Positions 38,171-39,108 of a DNA stretch of 39,108 nt are shown here, piece after piece. Each line of letters starts with the position of its first letter. Positions within the stretch are counted from its first letter, which is position 1. A program made the translations under genes and the position numbers. The stretch is from Sphingobium sp. (GTDB lineage: Bacteria; Pseudomonadota; Alphaproteobacteria; Sphingomonadales; Sphingomonadaceae): the NCBI GenBank assembly GCA_039934655.1, contig JBDTLS010000001.1:1-39108 (forward strand), written 5' to 3'. The notes beneath the pieces are model-generated. The model was not told where the DNA came from, did not search any database, and saw only the letters and a list, made by a program, of their open reading frames with translations.

Positions 38171-39108
38171 TTAAAGCCGTCGCAGCCAGCCGTTGGGATT
38201 GTAGGTAGCGTTGCGCCCGTAGAAGTCGCAAAGTTCCATATCCAGCTGATATTGCGCACCCTCGCGCGCCAGGAAATCGGCAACGGCACGGTTGGGACCA
38301 TTCTCATACTGAACATAGTGCTCGCCGGGGAGGTTGGCCACGACGCCATCCTCTACAATGATGTAGTCGCCCGCTTGCAACAAAGGATGGAAAAATTCGA
38401 GTACGGCGAGCGAATGGTCGTAGAAATGGCTGCTGTCCTCAACAACAAGCCAAGGCCGTGGAAGGGAGGCGAGCAAGTCGGTGGGCAGGCAGGCGGCCAA
38501 GTTTCCGGCGTCGCCGACAAGTACTCGGATTCGCGGGTCTTCGTACAGTACCTGCGGCTCCAGATCGACGGTGATCACCCGTGGCATGACACCATGGGCG
38601 GCCATCATATCGGCAAACCACAGGGCTGACCCACCGAATCGGCATCCAATCTCGATGATCGTTCGAGGGCGCAATTTCGACAGCAACTGCAAGTAAAGCC
38701 CTATATCCAAGGGGCTCTTGAGGAATTTTACCCCTCGATAGACGGAACGCATTACCCCGCCCTGGATTTCGTCGAGCACCTCGCTCGGCATGTTGGTCGA
38801 GAAATCGCGGGCGCCGCTTTCCGTCAGCACTGGCATCGCGACCGATTGCTGCTGGGGGCCGTGCTTGCCCGTCAATCGGTCTAGCGACTGCCGTAGGGAG
38901 GGCAGGCTGGCTGGCGATGCACAACCGACGAGCCGCGGTTCCACGTGCGGGGATGAATAGGGTTTGCCCCTAATGGCAACATATTCGTCGTGGAATCGAT
39001 CCCACGGTGATTGAAGGGCATTCGTGGCAACGCCACCGTGCACTTGGTGGAAAGTTGCCTCGCCCATCAGCAGGACGATGCGGGCCAGCGGATCTGCACA
39101 AAGCCGCT
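38171..39108 (-). CDS. CmcI/rhamnosyl O-methyltransferase family domain, fused to an upstream GT-like segment; 5' end outside the window
   Basis: YRGVKFLKSPLD..LY, RPRTIIEIG..GGSALW, VVEDSSH, GDYIIVEDG, GP..AV..FL, TYNPNGWLRR; the frame stays open from 39067 to the window edge (RLCADPLARIVLLMGEATFHQ). Confidence 0.85.
   Translation of the reverse strand, partial: RLCADPLARIVLLMGEATFHQVHGGVATNALQSPWDRFHDEYVAIRGKPYSSPHVEPRLVGCASPASLPSLRQSLDRLTGKHGPQQQSVAMPVLTESGARDFSTNMPSEVLDEIQGGVMRSVYRGVKFLKSPLDIGLYLQLLSKLRPRTIIEIGCRFGGSALWFADMMAAHGVMPRVITVDLEPQVLYEDPRIRVLVGDAGNLAACLPTDLLASLPRPWLVVEDSSHFYDHSLAVLEFFHPLLQAGDYIIVEDGVVANLPGEHYVQYENGPNRAVADFLAREGAQYQLDMELCDFYGRNATYNPNGWLRRL

Noticed and set aside
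1-39108. CRISPR arrays, tRNA/rRNA, DNA-level tandem repeats, invertible-promoter or recombinase systems
   Set aside because: None seen by eye; the repeats found are diverged protein-level modules, and no recombinase gene is present.

Overview
GC-rich (probably alphaproteobacterial, sphingomonad-like; taxon is inference) ABC-transporter-dependent capsular polysaccharide locus. It contains kpsS-like, kpsE/M/T-like and OPX (Wza/CtrA-type) export genes, a WcbQ-like LTA-synthase/sulfatase-fold gene, rmlC-B-D-A for dTDP-L-rhamnose, about seven glycosyltransferases, two Fe(II)/2-oxoglutarate dioxygenases and up to eight methyltransferase genes or remnants. Main unexplained structure: (1) a ~35-aa module (LFDxxxYxxxYPDV...DPxxHY/FxxxGxxEGR) recurs about 11 times in five different proteins; (2) two WbdD-like 'enzyme head + long coiled coil + Trp/Arg-rich tail' proteins share stalk and tail motifs but carry different heads (methyltransferase vs sulfotransferase-like); (3) the locus has two oppositely oriented paralogous arms around the central exporter, and the right arm is decaying (frameshifts, pseudogenes, IS66 and IS630 remnants); (4) a signal-peptide protein with phage tail-fibre-like motifs sits divergent from kpsE. 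All family calls come from motif recognition by eye, with no database searches. Several starts were moved from the ORF track to more plausible codons.
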